Source of the DNA: a virus
Taxonomy: Duplodnaviria; Caudoviricetes
IMG/VR virus record: IMGVR_UViG_3300027534_000002
Coordinates: 128,570 to 192,569 of that record
Reading direction: 5' to 3' (one strand)
Length of the DNA: 64,000 nt
The position numbers were made by a program, and so were the translations under genes. Position 1 is the stretch's first letter; each line of letters begins with the position of its first letter. This document shows, one piece after another, positions 50,307 through 58,925 of this stretch. A model generated the notes under the pieces. It saw only the letters and a list, made by a program, of their open reading frames with translations. It did no database searches and was not told the origin of the DNA.

Positions 50307-50336
50307 GTTTTACTATAGCGAAGGGTTGTTCTGAGT

Positions 50337-50534
50337 TCAACCGTTCTTATCCAGCCAATCCACAATAGCGTCATCGTATGGTGCACAGCCCATGACCTCA
50401 ATGGCATCCTTGATAATGTCCTCCAACTCCTGAATGCGGAACACTGCTTCTTCGATCAAGTCGGCGTGCTCTGTCGGCAGGCCATTGTTCGGGAAGGCAG
50501 CGTCGAGGAGGCGTTCGATAAGTGATTTGCTCAT
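50337..50534 (-). CDS. early hypothetical protein
   Basis: Own promoter element. Confidence 0.7.
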   Translation of the reverse strand: MSKSLIERLLDAAFPNNGLPTEHADLIEEAVFRIQELEDIIKDAIEVMGCAPYDDAIVDWLDKNG

Positions 50535-50560
50535 GAGATACTATAGCGAAGGGTTGTTCC

Positions 50561-50830
50561 TCAGTCTACAAGATTCTCCATCAACGCGGATGCAGTGATG
50601 AATTCACGCATCGAGGAGTCGGCAGCAGCCACCACTGATTTCAGCTCTGCCGTGGCGATACTGATCTTGTCGTGCTTGCCTTTCTCGAGTGCTACATCCA
50701 ATCCCATTGCCATTTTAATCTCGATCAGCACCTCCAGAATCTCCATCATTGCCTCTCCTTTGAGGATCTCTTCCCGGCAAAGCCGCATCTCTTCTTTGAT
50801 CTCTTGCATCATTTGTTGGTCTTCAGTCAT
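50561..50830 (-). CDS. early hypothetical protein, paralog of 60095-60337
   Basis: EIKEEMRLCREEI vs DIEEEIRLCQEEI; own promoter. Confidence 0.75.
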   Translation of the reverse strand: MTEDQQMMQEIKEEMRLCREEILKGEAMMEILEVLIEIKMAMGLDVALEKGKHDKISIATAELKSVVAAADSSMREFITASALMENLVD

Positions 50831-50927
50831 GAATCAATATAGCTGAGGGTTGAGTTGCTGTCAACTGCTTTTGGATCTGACTAACGCAAACAAGGGCAGC
50901 AACATGCTACCCCTTGTTGATGACTGC

Positions 50928-51203
50928 TCAGTAATCGTGTACCTCTAAGCCAAGCTTGACTTGATCATCATTGATGGCATTGATGGCATTGTTGGTGATA
51001 TCTTGAGGCTCGTTACAGATATCGTAAACATAATTCTCAGCCACCTTCATCAATTCCGCCTTGCGGAAATCAGGATCATTCATCATCCGGGTTTTAAAAG
51101 CCACCCATTCTTCGATGGTATCGAAGGATTCGCTGTGGAAGCCGATTTCAATGGGAACCATGATGACTGCGTTGATCGACTCTTCTTTGATTGGATTACT
51201 CAT
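50928..51203 (-). CDS. early hypothetical protein, paralog of 52968-53222
   Basis: MVPIEI..ESFDTIEEW vs MVPVEL..DSFESEEEW; own promoter. Confidence 0.75.
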   Translation of the reverse strand: MSNPIKEESINAVIMVPIEIGFHSESFDTIEEWVAFKTRMMNDPDFRKAELMKVAENYVYDICNEPQDITNNAINAINDDQVKLGLEVHDY

Positions 51204-51238
51204 GAATTAATATAGCTGAGGGTTGAGTTGCTGTCAAC

Positions 51239-51496
51239 TCAGTACGCGTAGTAGAAGAGAGGTGTTGTAAGTGGGTTGTCCATATCAATGACTTTCAGGT
51301 CGTACTCTACCAGGCGACCAGGCGCCTGTGGTTGAGCATTCAAATATTCCAGATGCTGACGAGCAGTCTTCTGTTTGTTGAACACCTTAACCACCCCATA
51401 CTCCCGGCATCCAAGGCCTCGACCAGTCTCGTACGTTACCAGATACATCTTGCTGCCGAAGCGTTGCAGGTTGGTTTTCTTGGGGGTCTCAGTCAT
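51239..51496 (-). CDS. early hypothetical protein
   Basis: Own promoter element. Confidence 0.75.
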   Translation of the reverse strand: MTETPKKTNLQRFGSKMYLVTYETGRGLGCREYGVVKVFNKQKTARQHLEYLNAQPQAPGRLVEYDLKVIDMDNPLTTPLFYYAY

Positions 51497-51530
51497 GAAT
51501 CAATATAGCCGAGGGTTGGTTTGCTGTCAC

Positions 51531-51722
51531 TTACTTTTTCAAACGCATCTCTACTTTGGCGTTCGCCCTCCAGAAGTCCGAGACGATCTCTTGGCCGGGG
51601 TGGCCATTGTAAGATACCTGAACGAAGTTCTTGGCGGCGGCGTGGAACTCGGTAAGGAGGCTTTCGAGTTCCGCAGCTTCGGCGCGGGCGAGGAGTTGGA
51701 TGTCTTCTTGGGTTTCAGTCAT
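51531..51722 (-). CDS. early hypothetical protein
   Basis: Own promoter element. Confidence 0.7.
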   Translation of the reverse strand: MTETQEDIQLLARAEAAELESLLTEFHAAAKNFVQVSYNGHPGQEIVSDFWRANAKVEMRLKK

Positions 51723-51762
51723 GAATCAATATAGCTGAGGGTTGGTTTGCCGGCAAGTGTTG

Positions 51763-51900
51763 TTATTTGGATAGAGCAATTCCAATCGTCACCAGCGTTG
51801 CAAATACCACCAGCAGCGCCAGCACTCCCACCACCGCCTCGTGTGTTGCGCTTCGAACGGCCCTTGCGTATCTCTTCTCGAACTCTGGATCTTTAGTCAT
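51763..51900 (-). CDS. small membrane protein (45 aa, MTKDPEFEKRY...)
   Basis: Promoter element defines the start at 51900; C-terminal hydrophobic helix. Confidence 0.7.
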   Translation of the reverse strand: MTKDPEFEKRYARAVRSATHEAVVGVLALLVVFATLVTIGIALSK

Positions 51901-51940
51901 GAGATAATATAGCAGAGGGTTGGTTTGCCGGCAAGTCATT

Positions 51941-52126
51941 TCAGATGGAGGCTTCTCGAGCTTCAGCCAACCACCTATCCATGCCATCGTCAGAATCGTC
52001 AGTGCTTTCGACGTGCTGTACTGCTACAAACAACAAATCTTTCAAACGATCGATCTTTAGCTGAAGCTCACGATTTTCGCGATGTAAATAGTCAATTTCG
52101 CATTTCAGTTGTTCAGTATTAGTCAT
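51941..52126 (-). CDS. early hypothetical protein
   Basis: Own promoter element. Confidence 0.7.
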   Translation of the reverse strand: MTNTEQLKCEIDYLHRENRELQLKIDRLKDLLFVAVQHVESTDDSDDGMDRWLAEAREASI

Positions 52127-52129
52127 GAA

Positions 52130-52318
52130 TCAATATAGCTGAGGGTTGGTTTGCTGACAAGCTTCTTTGTTATGGATGATCGCTTTTGCTGTAATCAGGG
52201 CTCCAGGACTTCGCCACCAGGATCCTGCACTGGTAGTCTTTTGGGCTAAATCCTCGTACGTGGCTACCAGCTCTTTCATCACCCGAATCAACTTCTCTTC
52301 TTCAGTTGCCTGGTTCAT
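52130..52318 (-). CDS. early hypothetical protein
   Basis: ATGA-coupled to the upstream gene; its 3' end runs through the next promoter element. Confidence 0.5.
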   Translation of the reverse strand: MNQATEEEKLIRVMKELVATYEDLAQKTTSAGSWWRSPGALITAKAIIHNKEACQQTNPQLY

Positions 52319-52578
52319 TCAGGAAACGTAAAGGTTGGGCGCCCCATTGGTGTCAGCATATAATCTGAATCCAGGATACAAGTGTTCATGACATCATAGT
52401 CAGTACAACATTCCTTGATAATAACAAAATGCACCCTTTCGGCATCGTTCTTCGAATTCTGCCATGCACATGGCCTCATCCTCATCAATAGCAACCCTCC
52501 TTGTTGTTTATACAAAACACCAATCTTGGCATCCTGGGCTCGAATGGCGGTTGCGTCTTGTGTGTTGGTGAACTTCAT
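52315..52578 (-). CDS. early hypothetical protein, paralog of 52609-52926
   Basis: AIRAQDAKIGVLYK vs SIDAADAQVGLLYK. Confidence 0.75.
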   Translation of the reverse strand: MKFTNTQDATAIRAQDAKIGVLYKQQGGLLLMRMRPCAWQNSKNDAERVHFVIIKECCTDYDVMNTCILDSDYMLTPMGRPTFTFPE

Positions 52579-52608
52579 GAGATAATATAGAAGAGGGTTG
52601 AGTTGCTG

Positions 52609-52926
52609 TCAAGTGGTAGGGAAGGCGAAAGATGGTTCGCCAATCAAGATGATTTGCTCGTGACTCCTCTTAATCATCCCATCGACTTCCGGTTCCTCGT
52701 TCATTTGCAACCGATTATCTGGCATAGTATACACATGAGCCACCCTCACAAAGTGGATCCACTCTTCACCCCTCGGCAACGCCTGCTTGTTAACGTTTTC
52801 CTGATGGGCGATGCATGGGTTGATGCGCATGATGTAGTCAGGCCCAGACTTGTAAAGGAGCCCGACTTGGGCATCCGCGGCGTCGATGGATGCTGGGCGT
52901 TGAGGAGGTGTGTTAGAGTAGTGCAT
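52609..52926 (-). CDS. early hypothetical protein
   Basis: Own promoter; paralog of 52315-52578. Confidence 0.75.
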   Translation of the reverse strand: MHYSNTPPQRPASIDAADAQVGLLYKSGPDYIMRINPCIAHQENVNKQALPRGEEWIHFVRVAHVYTMPDNRLQMNEEPEVDGMIKRSHEQIILIGEPSFAFPTT

Positions 52927-52967
52927 GAGATAATATAGCAGAGGGTTGAGTGTTGTGCAAGCGATTG

Positions 52968-53222
52968 TTAGTCGTGGAACTTCTGAATTTCAATCCGGCC
53001 CGATTCGATTTCGCTTGACAAGTTATCCATAATCATACAGCGCCCTGCATTGTCGTCATATATTTCAACCATGTCTGTTGCAGCAGCCTTCAACCCTTCT
53101 GGAGTAGAAAGGCGTTGTAGCATTTCCTGCCACTCCTCTTCGCTTTCAAAGCTATCGCGGAAAATCGGAAGCTCTACTGGCACCATGACTGTCAGGACTA
53201 CTTGTGTTGGCAATTGGCTCAT
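52968..53222 (-). CDS. early hypothetical protein
   Basis: Own promoter; paralog of 50928-51203. Confidence 0.75.
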   Translation of the reverse strand: MSQLPTQVVLTVMVPVELPIFRDSFESEEEWQEMLQRLSTPEGLKAAATDMVEIYDDNAGRCMIMDNLSSEIESGRIEIQKFHD

Positions 53223-53258
53223 GAGATAATATAGCAGAGGGTTGAGTTGCTGTCAAGC

Positions 53259-53363
53259 TTATTTCAGCAAGCGCCACATTCCATACAAGGAGGTGAAGCT
53301 GAGAATGAAAACTGCTGTAGTGCAGCGAATGATATCGAAGGTGGTTTCAAGTGCGAAGGGCAT
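53259..53363 (-). CDS. 34-aa membrane peptide MPFALETTFDIIRCTTAVFILSFTSLYGMWRLLK
   Basis: TTGACA-17-TATATT-5-ATG; below the ORF track size cut-off. Confidence 0.6.
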   Translation of the reverse strand: MPFALETTFDIIRCTTAVFILSFTSLYGMWRLLK

Positions 53364-53401
53364 GAAGCAATATAACCTAGGGTGAAGGTGCTGTCAACAC
53401 A

Positions 53402-53429
53402 AGAGGGAGGGGAACCCTCCCCTCCCTCT
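53402..53429 (-). terminator. strong hairpin after the 53443-53886 gene
   Basis: AGAGGGAGGGGA-ACCC-TCCCCTCCCTCT, 12-bp stem. Confidence 0.65.
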
Positions 53430-53442
53430 ACTTTTCCGAACC

Positions 53443-53886
53443 TCAAGCTGCAATCAGCTCTTGCTTTTTCGCAGCCCGTTGTTCCCTCCGCCGGCGATTC
53501 CGTTCTTCCCTTTTCGCAGCCTCCACTTCATTTTCGGTTGGCACAACCACCTCAGCTTCGGGTTCCACAAATACCACCACCTCAGCGTCTTCCTTCGCAA
53601 CCGGAACTTCCACCGCCACCGACTCCTTCCGCGCACCACGCGATTTGTAGTGGAGGAACATTTGAACGAGATCTCCGTTGAACTTTTCGATCCGCTTTTG
53701 GAAGACTGGCGTCTGGCTCATTCCCACCTTCAACCCAGTAGCGGAGCAGTACATGTAGAATGGGCGCTTACCCTTTTCAACGTAGTTGCTGATCATTCGC
53801 ACCATATCTTTAATGGCGGCTTCATCATTGGCGAGGGCGTGGTTGGTGTTGATGAGCAGTTCGGTGAAGACGGTTTCTTGATTCAT
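53443..53886 (-). CDS. early protein, paralog of 58926-59387
   Basis: GKRPFYMYCSATGLKVGMSQ...MFLHYKSR; ends ELIAA. Confidence 0.8.
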   Translation of the reverse strand: MNQETVFTELLINTNHALANDEAAIKDMVRMISNYVEKGKRPFYMYCSATGLKVGMSQTPVFQKRIEKFNGDLVQMFLHYKSRGARKESVAVEVPVAKEDAEVVVFVEPEAEVVVPTENEVEAAKREERNRRRREQRAAKKQELIAA

Positions 53887-53964
53887 TTGGTTTGAAGTGT
53901 TTGTTATTTGGTGTGACTTAATATAGCTGAGGGTATGTTTGCTGTCAACTGTCTTTTGCTTCTT

Positions 53965-54207
53965 TCAAATCCACCCCTGCCCGAAGAGACTGAGGATTGC
54001 GGCGTCAACCATTTTCTCCAATTCCGCCAGTGCTTTCATTCCTTCTTCACCCACCTCATCTTCCAACGCCGCCCCACCGCCAACCACATACGCCAAATCC
54101 ATTTGCAGTTGAATCATCTCGTTGTCCAGAACTTCCAACCTTTCCAGGATGCCGGTGAGCTCTGGGTGTTTGCTGAGTGCGATTTTGATTTGATTGATCA
54201 TGTGCAT
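53965..54207 (-). CDS. early hypothetical protein
   Basis: Own promoter element. Confidence 0.75.
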   Translation of the reverse strand: MHMINQIKIALSKHPELTGILERLEVLDNEMIQLQMDLAYVVGGGAALEDEVGEEGMKALAELEKMVDAAILSLFGQGWI

Positions 54208-54248
54208 GAATAAATATAGCTGAGGGTGGGTTTGCTGTCAAGCTGTTT

Positions 54249-54530
54249 TTACCAAGTGTGATATCCGACCGGAATGTCATCATTGACTTCCAACTGGCAG
54301 TCGTCGTTGATGTCAACCATAATCTTTCTCATCATTTCCCCTTTCGTAACCACCCCGTGGTCAACCAAAGTATTGTACCCAGAACCAGGTTCTTCTTCTT
54401 TTCGAATCCAGAAGTGGATCTTGTCTTTATTCCTGTAGGTTTCCATCTCCCACCCTTTAGTATGCGTCATCTTTCTGGTTACGGGCATGAAATATGCAGA
54501 CAGATTAAACTTGAATGTGTGTTGGAACAT
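54249..54530 (-). CDS. early hypothetical protein
   Basis: Own promoter element. Confidence 0.7.
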   Translation of the reverse strand: MFQHTFKFNLSAYFMPVTRKMTHTKGWEMETYRNKDKIHFWIRKEEEPGSGYNTLVDHGVVTKGEMMRKIMVDINDDCQLEVNDDIPVGYHTW

Positions 54531-54574
54531 GTAACAATATAGCTGAGGGTTGGTTTGATGACAACGGTCTTTTG

Positions 54575-54751
54575 CTACTTCCTGAATTTGAATGCGTACC
54601 TACTACTCAGGCGGATGTCAAACATGCGGTAGAACCCAACACGACGGTATACTGTTCGACTTGCAATGCCGAACACATGGTTGAACTCCCGTCACCGAAA
54701 CGCTGCTGCTGCCCGTTCCTGTGTCTGTTTTCTTTGCTTCCTTTTATTCAT
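54575..54751 (-). pseudogene. MNKRKQ...AAFR family copy with an in-frame TGA at codon 20
   Basis: MNKRKQRKQTQERAAAAFR*REF...MFDIRL; the intact paralog 55065-55268 has Arg here. Confidence 0.6.
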
Positions 54752-54800
54752 GAGTCAATCTATATGAGGGTTTGGTTTGCTGCACCTACTTTTATAGGCT

Positions 54801-55034
54801 TCAGATCGTGGACATGTAGTGTTCCACCACCGGAGCAATGCTCTCGGACATTTGTTTCATGTTTGACCGGAGCTTCGGGCTGAGGTGCATCCCTGCATTG
54901 AACTCCCAGATGCGATTTTCAATCATCGCCAGTTCGCGCTGAAGCCCGATAGCTTGCTCGACCAGTTCCATCCATTTGACATGGATATGATCTTCGAGTT
55001 CCAGTGGCGTGGTGATGTCGAGCGCAGCTTTCAT
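54801..55034 (-). CDS. early hypothetical protein
   Basis: Own promoter element. Confidence 0.7.
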   Translation of the reverse strand: MKAALDITTPLELEDHIHVKWMELVEQAIGLQRELAMIENRIWEFNAGMHLSPKLRSNMKQMSESIAPVVEHYMSTI

Positions 55035-55064
55035 GTTATATATTACGACGGGGTTGTTTGCAGG

Positions 55065-55268
55065 TCAAGCGTCAAATACAGTTCTCGTGCCTTCCATTTT
55101 CTTTACCCAAGCATTCATTTCAGTCAGCCTCATATCAAGGACCCATGACAACCTCAAACGCCTCCAATAAGCAAGATTCCGAATGTAAGGGTTGGTGGTA
55201 AGCAATCGGCGGCGAAAGGCTGCAGACGCTCTGGATTGGCTTTGTTTCTTTTGCTTCCTTTTATTCAT
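55065..55268 (-). CDS. basic early protein (MNKRKQ...AAFR family)
   Basis: Own promoter; paralogs at 54575 and 60595. Confidence 0.7.
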   Translation of the reverse strand: MNKRKQKKQSQSRASAAFRRRLLTTNPYIRNLAYWRRLRLSWVLDMRLTEMNAWVKKMEGTRTVFDA

Positions 55269-55317
55269 GAGTCAATCTATAGGAGGGTTTGGTTTGCTGC
55301 ACCTGCTTTTGTGTGTT

Positions 55318-55461
55318 TCAGTCTTCCCCTTCGAGCGTGCTCTTCACTTCCTTCTTCGTGACCTCCTTCAGCTTCTGCCTCACGTTCGTACCGTCGAGCT
55401 TGTGGTACTTGCTGGAGTTGAGGCTGCGATCATTGATCTTGCGGTACTGAGCGTTCTTCAT
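55318..55461 (-). CDS. 47-aa basic early protein MKNAQYRKINDR...
   Basis: TTGACA-17-TATATT-5-ATG. Confidence 0.6.
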   Translation of the reverse strand: MKNAQYRKINDRSLNSSKYHKLDGTNVRQKLKEVTKKEVKSTLEGED

Positions 55462-55472
55462 GTTTTAATATA

Positions 55473-55748
55473 TCACCGTGTTGTGACACTGTCAACATAC
55501 TTGTCTGCGAGTTCTTCCCAGTCCACCTCTTTCAAGAAGGCCTCGATCATTGTAGAGATGAGGTAGGAAGGTGTGCGCAAGAACTCAGAGTTAATGCATT
55601 CTTCAACTACACCTTCAAACATGCCAGCCAACCGACCTCGATCTTCGATCAAATTCTCTTGGGCTTCTTCGACGATTGAAATAAAGACTTGTTCGAACTG
55701 CCCGTCAATCTGTTGCGTTTCGTAATTGAATTCAGTGTTTTTGCTCAT
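55473..55748 (-). CDS. acidic early protein
   Basis: Own promoter; LKEVDWEELA motif. Confidence 0.75.
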   Translation of the reverse strand: MSKNTEFNYETQQIDGQFEQVFISIVEEAQENLIEDRGRLAGMFEGVVEECINSEFLRTPSYLISTMIEAFLKEVDWEELADKYVDSVTTR

Positions 55749-55778
55749 GAGATAATATAGCGCAGGGTTGTTTGCAGG

Positions 55779-56300
55779 TCAAAGGCTAAGTGCAGCAATC
55801 AGCAACTCCGCCAATTTCCAAGATGCCCGTTCGCCCTTGACATATGAAATGTTCTTGTCCACAAAAGCCCGTTGATGTTCTTGAAGGCGGAGAATGGCAA
55901 ACCAGCAAAGGTTATCTTCTCCAACGAAATTAGGTGCCTGCCAAGATACTTTGCCTTCCTTATCCACCCACTTCAATCCAGCACCTCGAGTCCACCCCAT
56001 TACATGCTCTGCAATGTATTCATTAATCTCGTATTCCGTCTGAAGATTGATGTTCTTTCCTTTGAACCGACAAATCGCCAGCGCCTCTCCTTTGAACTTG
56101 CCCGTTTTCGAATCGCGCAACCATACCGAGTACCATAGTCCAGGATTGGCATCGAACAGGTACCTTGCAGATCGAACAGCATCAATCGGTGTGTCGTAAC
56201 TCCCTCGGATGGTGAGGATGTTCCGACCGTCTTTGTTCATTTCACTGGCTTTGGTAGACGGTTGCACGTACGTGGTGACGATTACGATTTCATTGCTCAT
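55779..56300 (-). CDS. early protein with a C-terminal BC1872/phage ABA-sandwich-like domain
   Basis: INEYIAEHVMGW...PNF...CWFAI pattern (recalled); own promoter. Confidence 0.6.
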   Translation of the reverse strand: MSNEIVIVTTYVQPSTKASEMNKDGRNILTIRGSYDTPIDAVRSARYLFDANPGLWYSVWLRDSKTGKFKGEALAICRFKGKNINLQTEYEINEYIAEHVMGWTRGAGLKWVDKEGKVSWQAPNFVGEDNLCWFAILRLQEHQRAFVDKNISYVKGERASWKLAELLIAALSL

Positions 56301-56326
56301 GAGATAATATAGCTGTGGGTTGTGGT

Positions 56327-56449
56327 CTAGTCAAGATTCGATGCGTACACTCCAATGATAACACCGCAAACAAATAGTGCAGTATTGGTATCAGCCACAG
56401 CAAAGCTTGCGCAGGCGATCATGAATAAGATGTATGGGTTCCTTAGCAT
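56327..56449 (-). CDS. 40-aa hydrophobic peptide
   Basis: MLRNPYILFMIACASFAVADTNTALFVCGVIIGVYASNLD, coupled to the upstream stop. Confidence 0.5.
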   Translation of the reverse strand: MLRNPYILFMIACASFAVADTNTALFVCGVIIGVYASNLD

Positions 56450-56450
56450 A

Positions 56451-56702
56451 CTATTCGATTTTGGCCATTAGTGCCAACGCAGCTTCCACGATCTCATTCG
56501 CCTTCTCGGCGATTTCCTGTGGAGTCCTGATCACAGGGCTAGCAGCCAGCGACGCAATCATGTGCGTCATCATGACTTCCCTCTTAGAGAGACCCATGTA
56601 CGTATTCAGTACCGTCCTACCGTCGCTGGAGTAGGAAATATGCGGGAATGCATTTCCCCATCCCATCTTCCGTGGATTTGTTTCTTTGCCGAAGAAGCCC
56701 AT
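56451..56702 (-). CDS. hypothetical phage protein (AFP...GLSKRE type)
   Basis: Common small phage protein pattern. Confidence 0.7.
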   Translation of the reverse strand: MGFFGKETNPRKMGWGNAFPHISYSSDGRTVLNTYMGLSKREVMMTHMIASLAASPVIRTPQEIAEKANEIVEAALALMAKIE

Positions 56703-56703
56703 A

Positions 56704-56874
56704 TTAGCGAGAGATCAGAGCCCATTCTTGTTCCGTGAGAACCTTGACAGGAGCGCTCTTATTCAGCCGAGGCTTTCGGAATGACCAATGTTTCCTTGCC
56801 TTAGAGATGAAGATCGAAGCGCCCTCCGAGTGGATGCGGTTCTTCATTGTATTCGGTGTGGATGTGTTGCTCAT
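56704..56874 (-). CDS. 56-aa early protein MSNTSTPNTMKNRIH...
   Basis: Own promoter element; not in the ORF track. Confidence 0.6.
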   Translation of the reverse strand: MSNTSTPNTMKNRIHSEGASIFISKARKHWSFRKPRLNKSAPVKVLTEQEWALISR

Positions 56875-56926
56875 GAGATAATATAGCTTCGGGTTTTGTT
56901 TAAGTCAAATGGTTTGTGTGCATCGA

Positions 56927-57136
56927 TTATTGCTCATCATTTCCGACAAGATCCAAAGCAGCACCGATCTCTTTGGTGGTTTCTTTGCGAAGCCGCCTCT
57001 TGGCAATGGACATGGTGTACTTCTTGTGCCTACGAATAGACCTGAACTTCCGACAGCAGTAACACCCAAAGACGCCACGCTTATTCCGACTGCCGTCGAG
57101 ATTCTCTTTCTTTTGATAAGCACGTAGTTGGTCCAT
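56927..57136 (-). CDS. basic Cys-containing early protein
   Basis: GCYCCRK; degenerate promoter element with a short spacer. Confidence 0.7.
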   Translation of the reverse strand: MDQLRAYQKKENLDGSRNKRGVFGCYCCRKFRSIRRHKKYTMSIAKRRLRKETTKEIGAALDLVGNDEQ

Positions 57137-57181
57137 GTATTAATATATTTGGGTTGTGGAGACTGCAAGCTAATATGCAAA

Positions 57182-57232
57182 GGTGCAGTGGGATAATAGT
57201 CTGGACCATACAGAACTAAACCCCACTGCACC
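57182..57232 (-). terminator. hairpin after the 57252-57812 gene
   Basis: GGTGCAGTGGG/CCCACTGCACC 11-bp stem with a large loop. Confidence 0.5.
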
Positions 57233-57251
57233 CCAGAGACGAGAGGTTGCC

Positions 57252-57812
57252 TTATGGCTTTACTGTGTCGGTATTGCTACTGCACGTCCACTTCACCCCG
57301 AGCGGATAAGGACTAACCTGTGTCATTCCTTGGCCAGAATTTGGTACAAGCACAGCCAATATATTGTTGAAGGAGGCAGTGGTGTTGAGAAGGCTATTAA
57401 CCGTAGCAACAAGGTGGCTGATAGTCTTTTCTTGTGCTGAGGTAATGTCCTTCAACCGTTCGATCTCCAAATACGCTCCTGTGAGATCAGACTCATTGTC
57501 ATTTACCTTATTGACAAGATCATCGAAGTCGATATCAAAGAGATCCGGAAGATCATCGAATCGTGATTCAATGTTTTCAATCCTATCTTCGTGTTCGTCT
57601 ACTTGATCTTCCCGTCTGGATAGACGGGTGTCTGTTTCCTTCTCATTCGCCTCGATCTCTTTCTGAATCACCTTGATGGAGTTGCCGTGGTTCGATAGCA
57701 CATTGGTGACCTCATCAACCCACTCAGTCATGTCTTTGAATGCTTCGATGACATCATTTTCTGAAGGTGCCGTGTTTACACCAGCGAGGCGGAGGATTTG
57801 TTCTGCAGTCAT
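57252..57812 (-). CDS. coiled-coil early protein
   Basis: Start MTAEQILRLAG at 57812, since the promoter lies inside the longer ORF-track extension. Confidence 0.75.
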   Translation of the reverse strand: MTAEQILRLAGVNTAPSENDVIEAFKDMTEWVDEVTNVLSNHGNSIKVIQKEIEANEKETDTRLSRREDQVDEHEDRIENIESRFDDLPDLFDIDFDDLVNKVNDNESDLTGAYLEIERLKDITSAQEKTISHLVATVNSLLNTTASFNNILAVLVPNSGQGMTQVSPYPLGVKWTCSSNTDTVKP

Positions 57813-57859
57813 AATGTTATTTGGTATGTATGTTAATATAGCTGAGGGGTTGTTTGCCG

Positions 57860-58183
57860 TCAATCCGGTTTCGTGATTTCCATGATAATTCCTTCGTTAT
57901 TCATATGTTCTCTTTTCCAGGTCTCTGCTGCCTCCTTTGTTGAGAACGTAACCGGGCAGAAGTTATCTCGCCACCATACCCACGCCTTTGCTGGATTTGG
58001 CTTGACCCTCCATCGTGAAAGATCCGAACCCAAGTCAGGGCCATTTGCGGCCGACCCGGTTGGCACGCACCAACCTGCTGTGGCGTATTTGAATTCGAAT
58101 AGCCGATCTGAATTTGCCGCGGCGAGCGCATAGAATTCAGAAAGAGCTTTGCACTTGGTTTCGTAATTAGTTTTGCAGTCCAT
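57860..58183 (-). CDS. FY...GPD...WR family paralog
   Basis: ALSEFY...GPDLGSDLSRWRVKP. Confidence 0.8.
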   Translation of the reverse strand: MDCKTNYETKCKALSEFYALAAANSDRLFEFKYATAGWCVPTGSAANGPDLGSDLSRWRVKPNPAKAWVWWRDNFCPVTFSTKEAAETWKREHMNNEGIIMEITKPD

Positions 58184-58232
58184 GTTTTAATATAGTTGAG
58201 GGTTGAGTTGCTTGCAAATGGCTTTTGCCACT

Positions 58233-58556
58233 TCAGTCTGGTTTCACAAGTTCCTGGATCTTTCCCTTCCCATCAGCGTGTTCGTTATTCCATGACTCTG
58301 CATCTTCGAGATTCGAAAACGATGGTGCCGACGTCAAGTGCCCCCTGACTATCCAATCACAATTAAGCCATACTACATATACTTTCTGCGTCATTGGCTT
58401 GACCCTCCAACGAGTAAGATCCGACCCCAAGTCGGGCCCGTGGCTTTCGTCGCCCCAACCACCAACCATGTAATTGAATTGAATTGGTTGATCGGGGTTC
58501 TTTACTGCTTCTGTGTAGAATTCGGCGAGCGCTTTGCGTTTAGCTTTGTAGTCCAT
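58233..58556 (-). CDS. FY...GPD...WR family paralog
   Basis: ALAEFY...GPDLGSDLTRWRVKP. Confidence 0.8.
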   Translation of the reverse strand: MDYKAKRKALAEFYTEAVKNPDQPIQFNYMVGGWGDESHGPDLGSDLTRWRVKPMTQKVYVVWLNCDWIVRGHLTSAPSFSNLEDAESWNNEHADGKGKIQELVKPD

Positions 58557-58598
58557 AAGATAATATAGAGGTGGGTTGTGTTGCTTGCAAGTAGTTTA

Positions 58599-58817
58599 TT
58601 AGGATTCGAGGGGCCAGTTCCCCCAGAGGAAGGCGGAAACGATCTGGTACCAATCCAAATCGGCCGTGAGATATTCCGGATACCGTTGCTGCATCACCTC
58701 CGTCATGAACCCGATCATCCCGTAATAGTCTTCCGGCGAATCAACCAGGATATCAACCCAATCGATTTGGTCAACCATCTCTTGTGTGTTCTTGTTGCTC
58801 CACTTCATTTTGTGCAT
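58599..58817 (-). CDS. acidic early protein
   Basis: Own promoter element. Confidence 0.7.
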   Translation of the reverse strand: MHKMKWSNKNTQEMVDQIDWVDILVDSPEDYYGMIGFMTEVMQQRYPEYLTADLDWYQIVSAFLWGNWPLES

Positions 58818-58861
58818 GAATTAATATAACACCGGGTTTAGTTAAAGTCAAACAATAAACT

Positions 58862-58899
58862 GCGGAGGGGGAGTCTGACTCCCTAAGCTCCCCCTCCGC
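58862..58899 (-). terminator. terminator hairpin after 58926-59387
   Basis: GCGGAGGGGGAG/CTCCCCCTCCGC 12-bp stem; T-rich tail on the minus strand. Confidence 0.7.
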
Positions 58900-58925
58900 G
58901 TTTCTTTCCCTCTTTCCCAGTTGCC

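Noticed and set aside
54692-54694. Alternative genetic code (TGA/TAG recoding)
   Set aside because: Conserved genes are intact in code 11 and TGA/TAG end many genes at expected places; a single nonsense change is more parsimonious.
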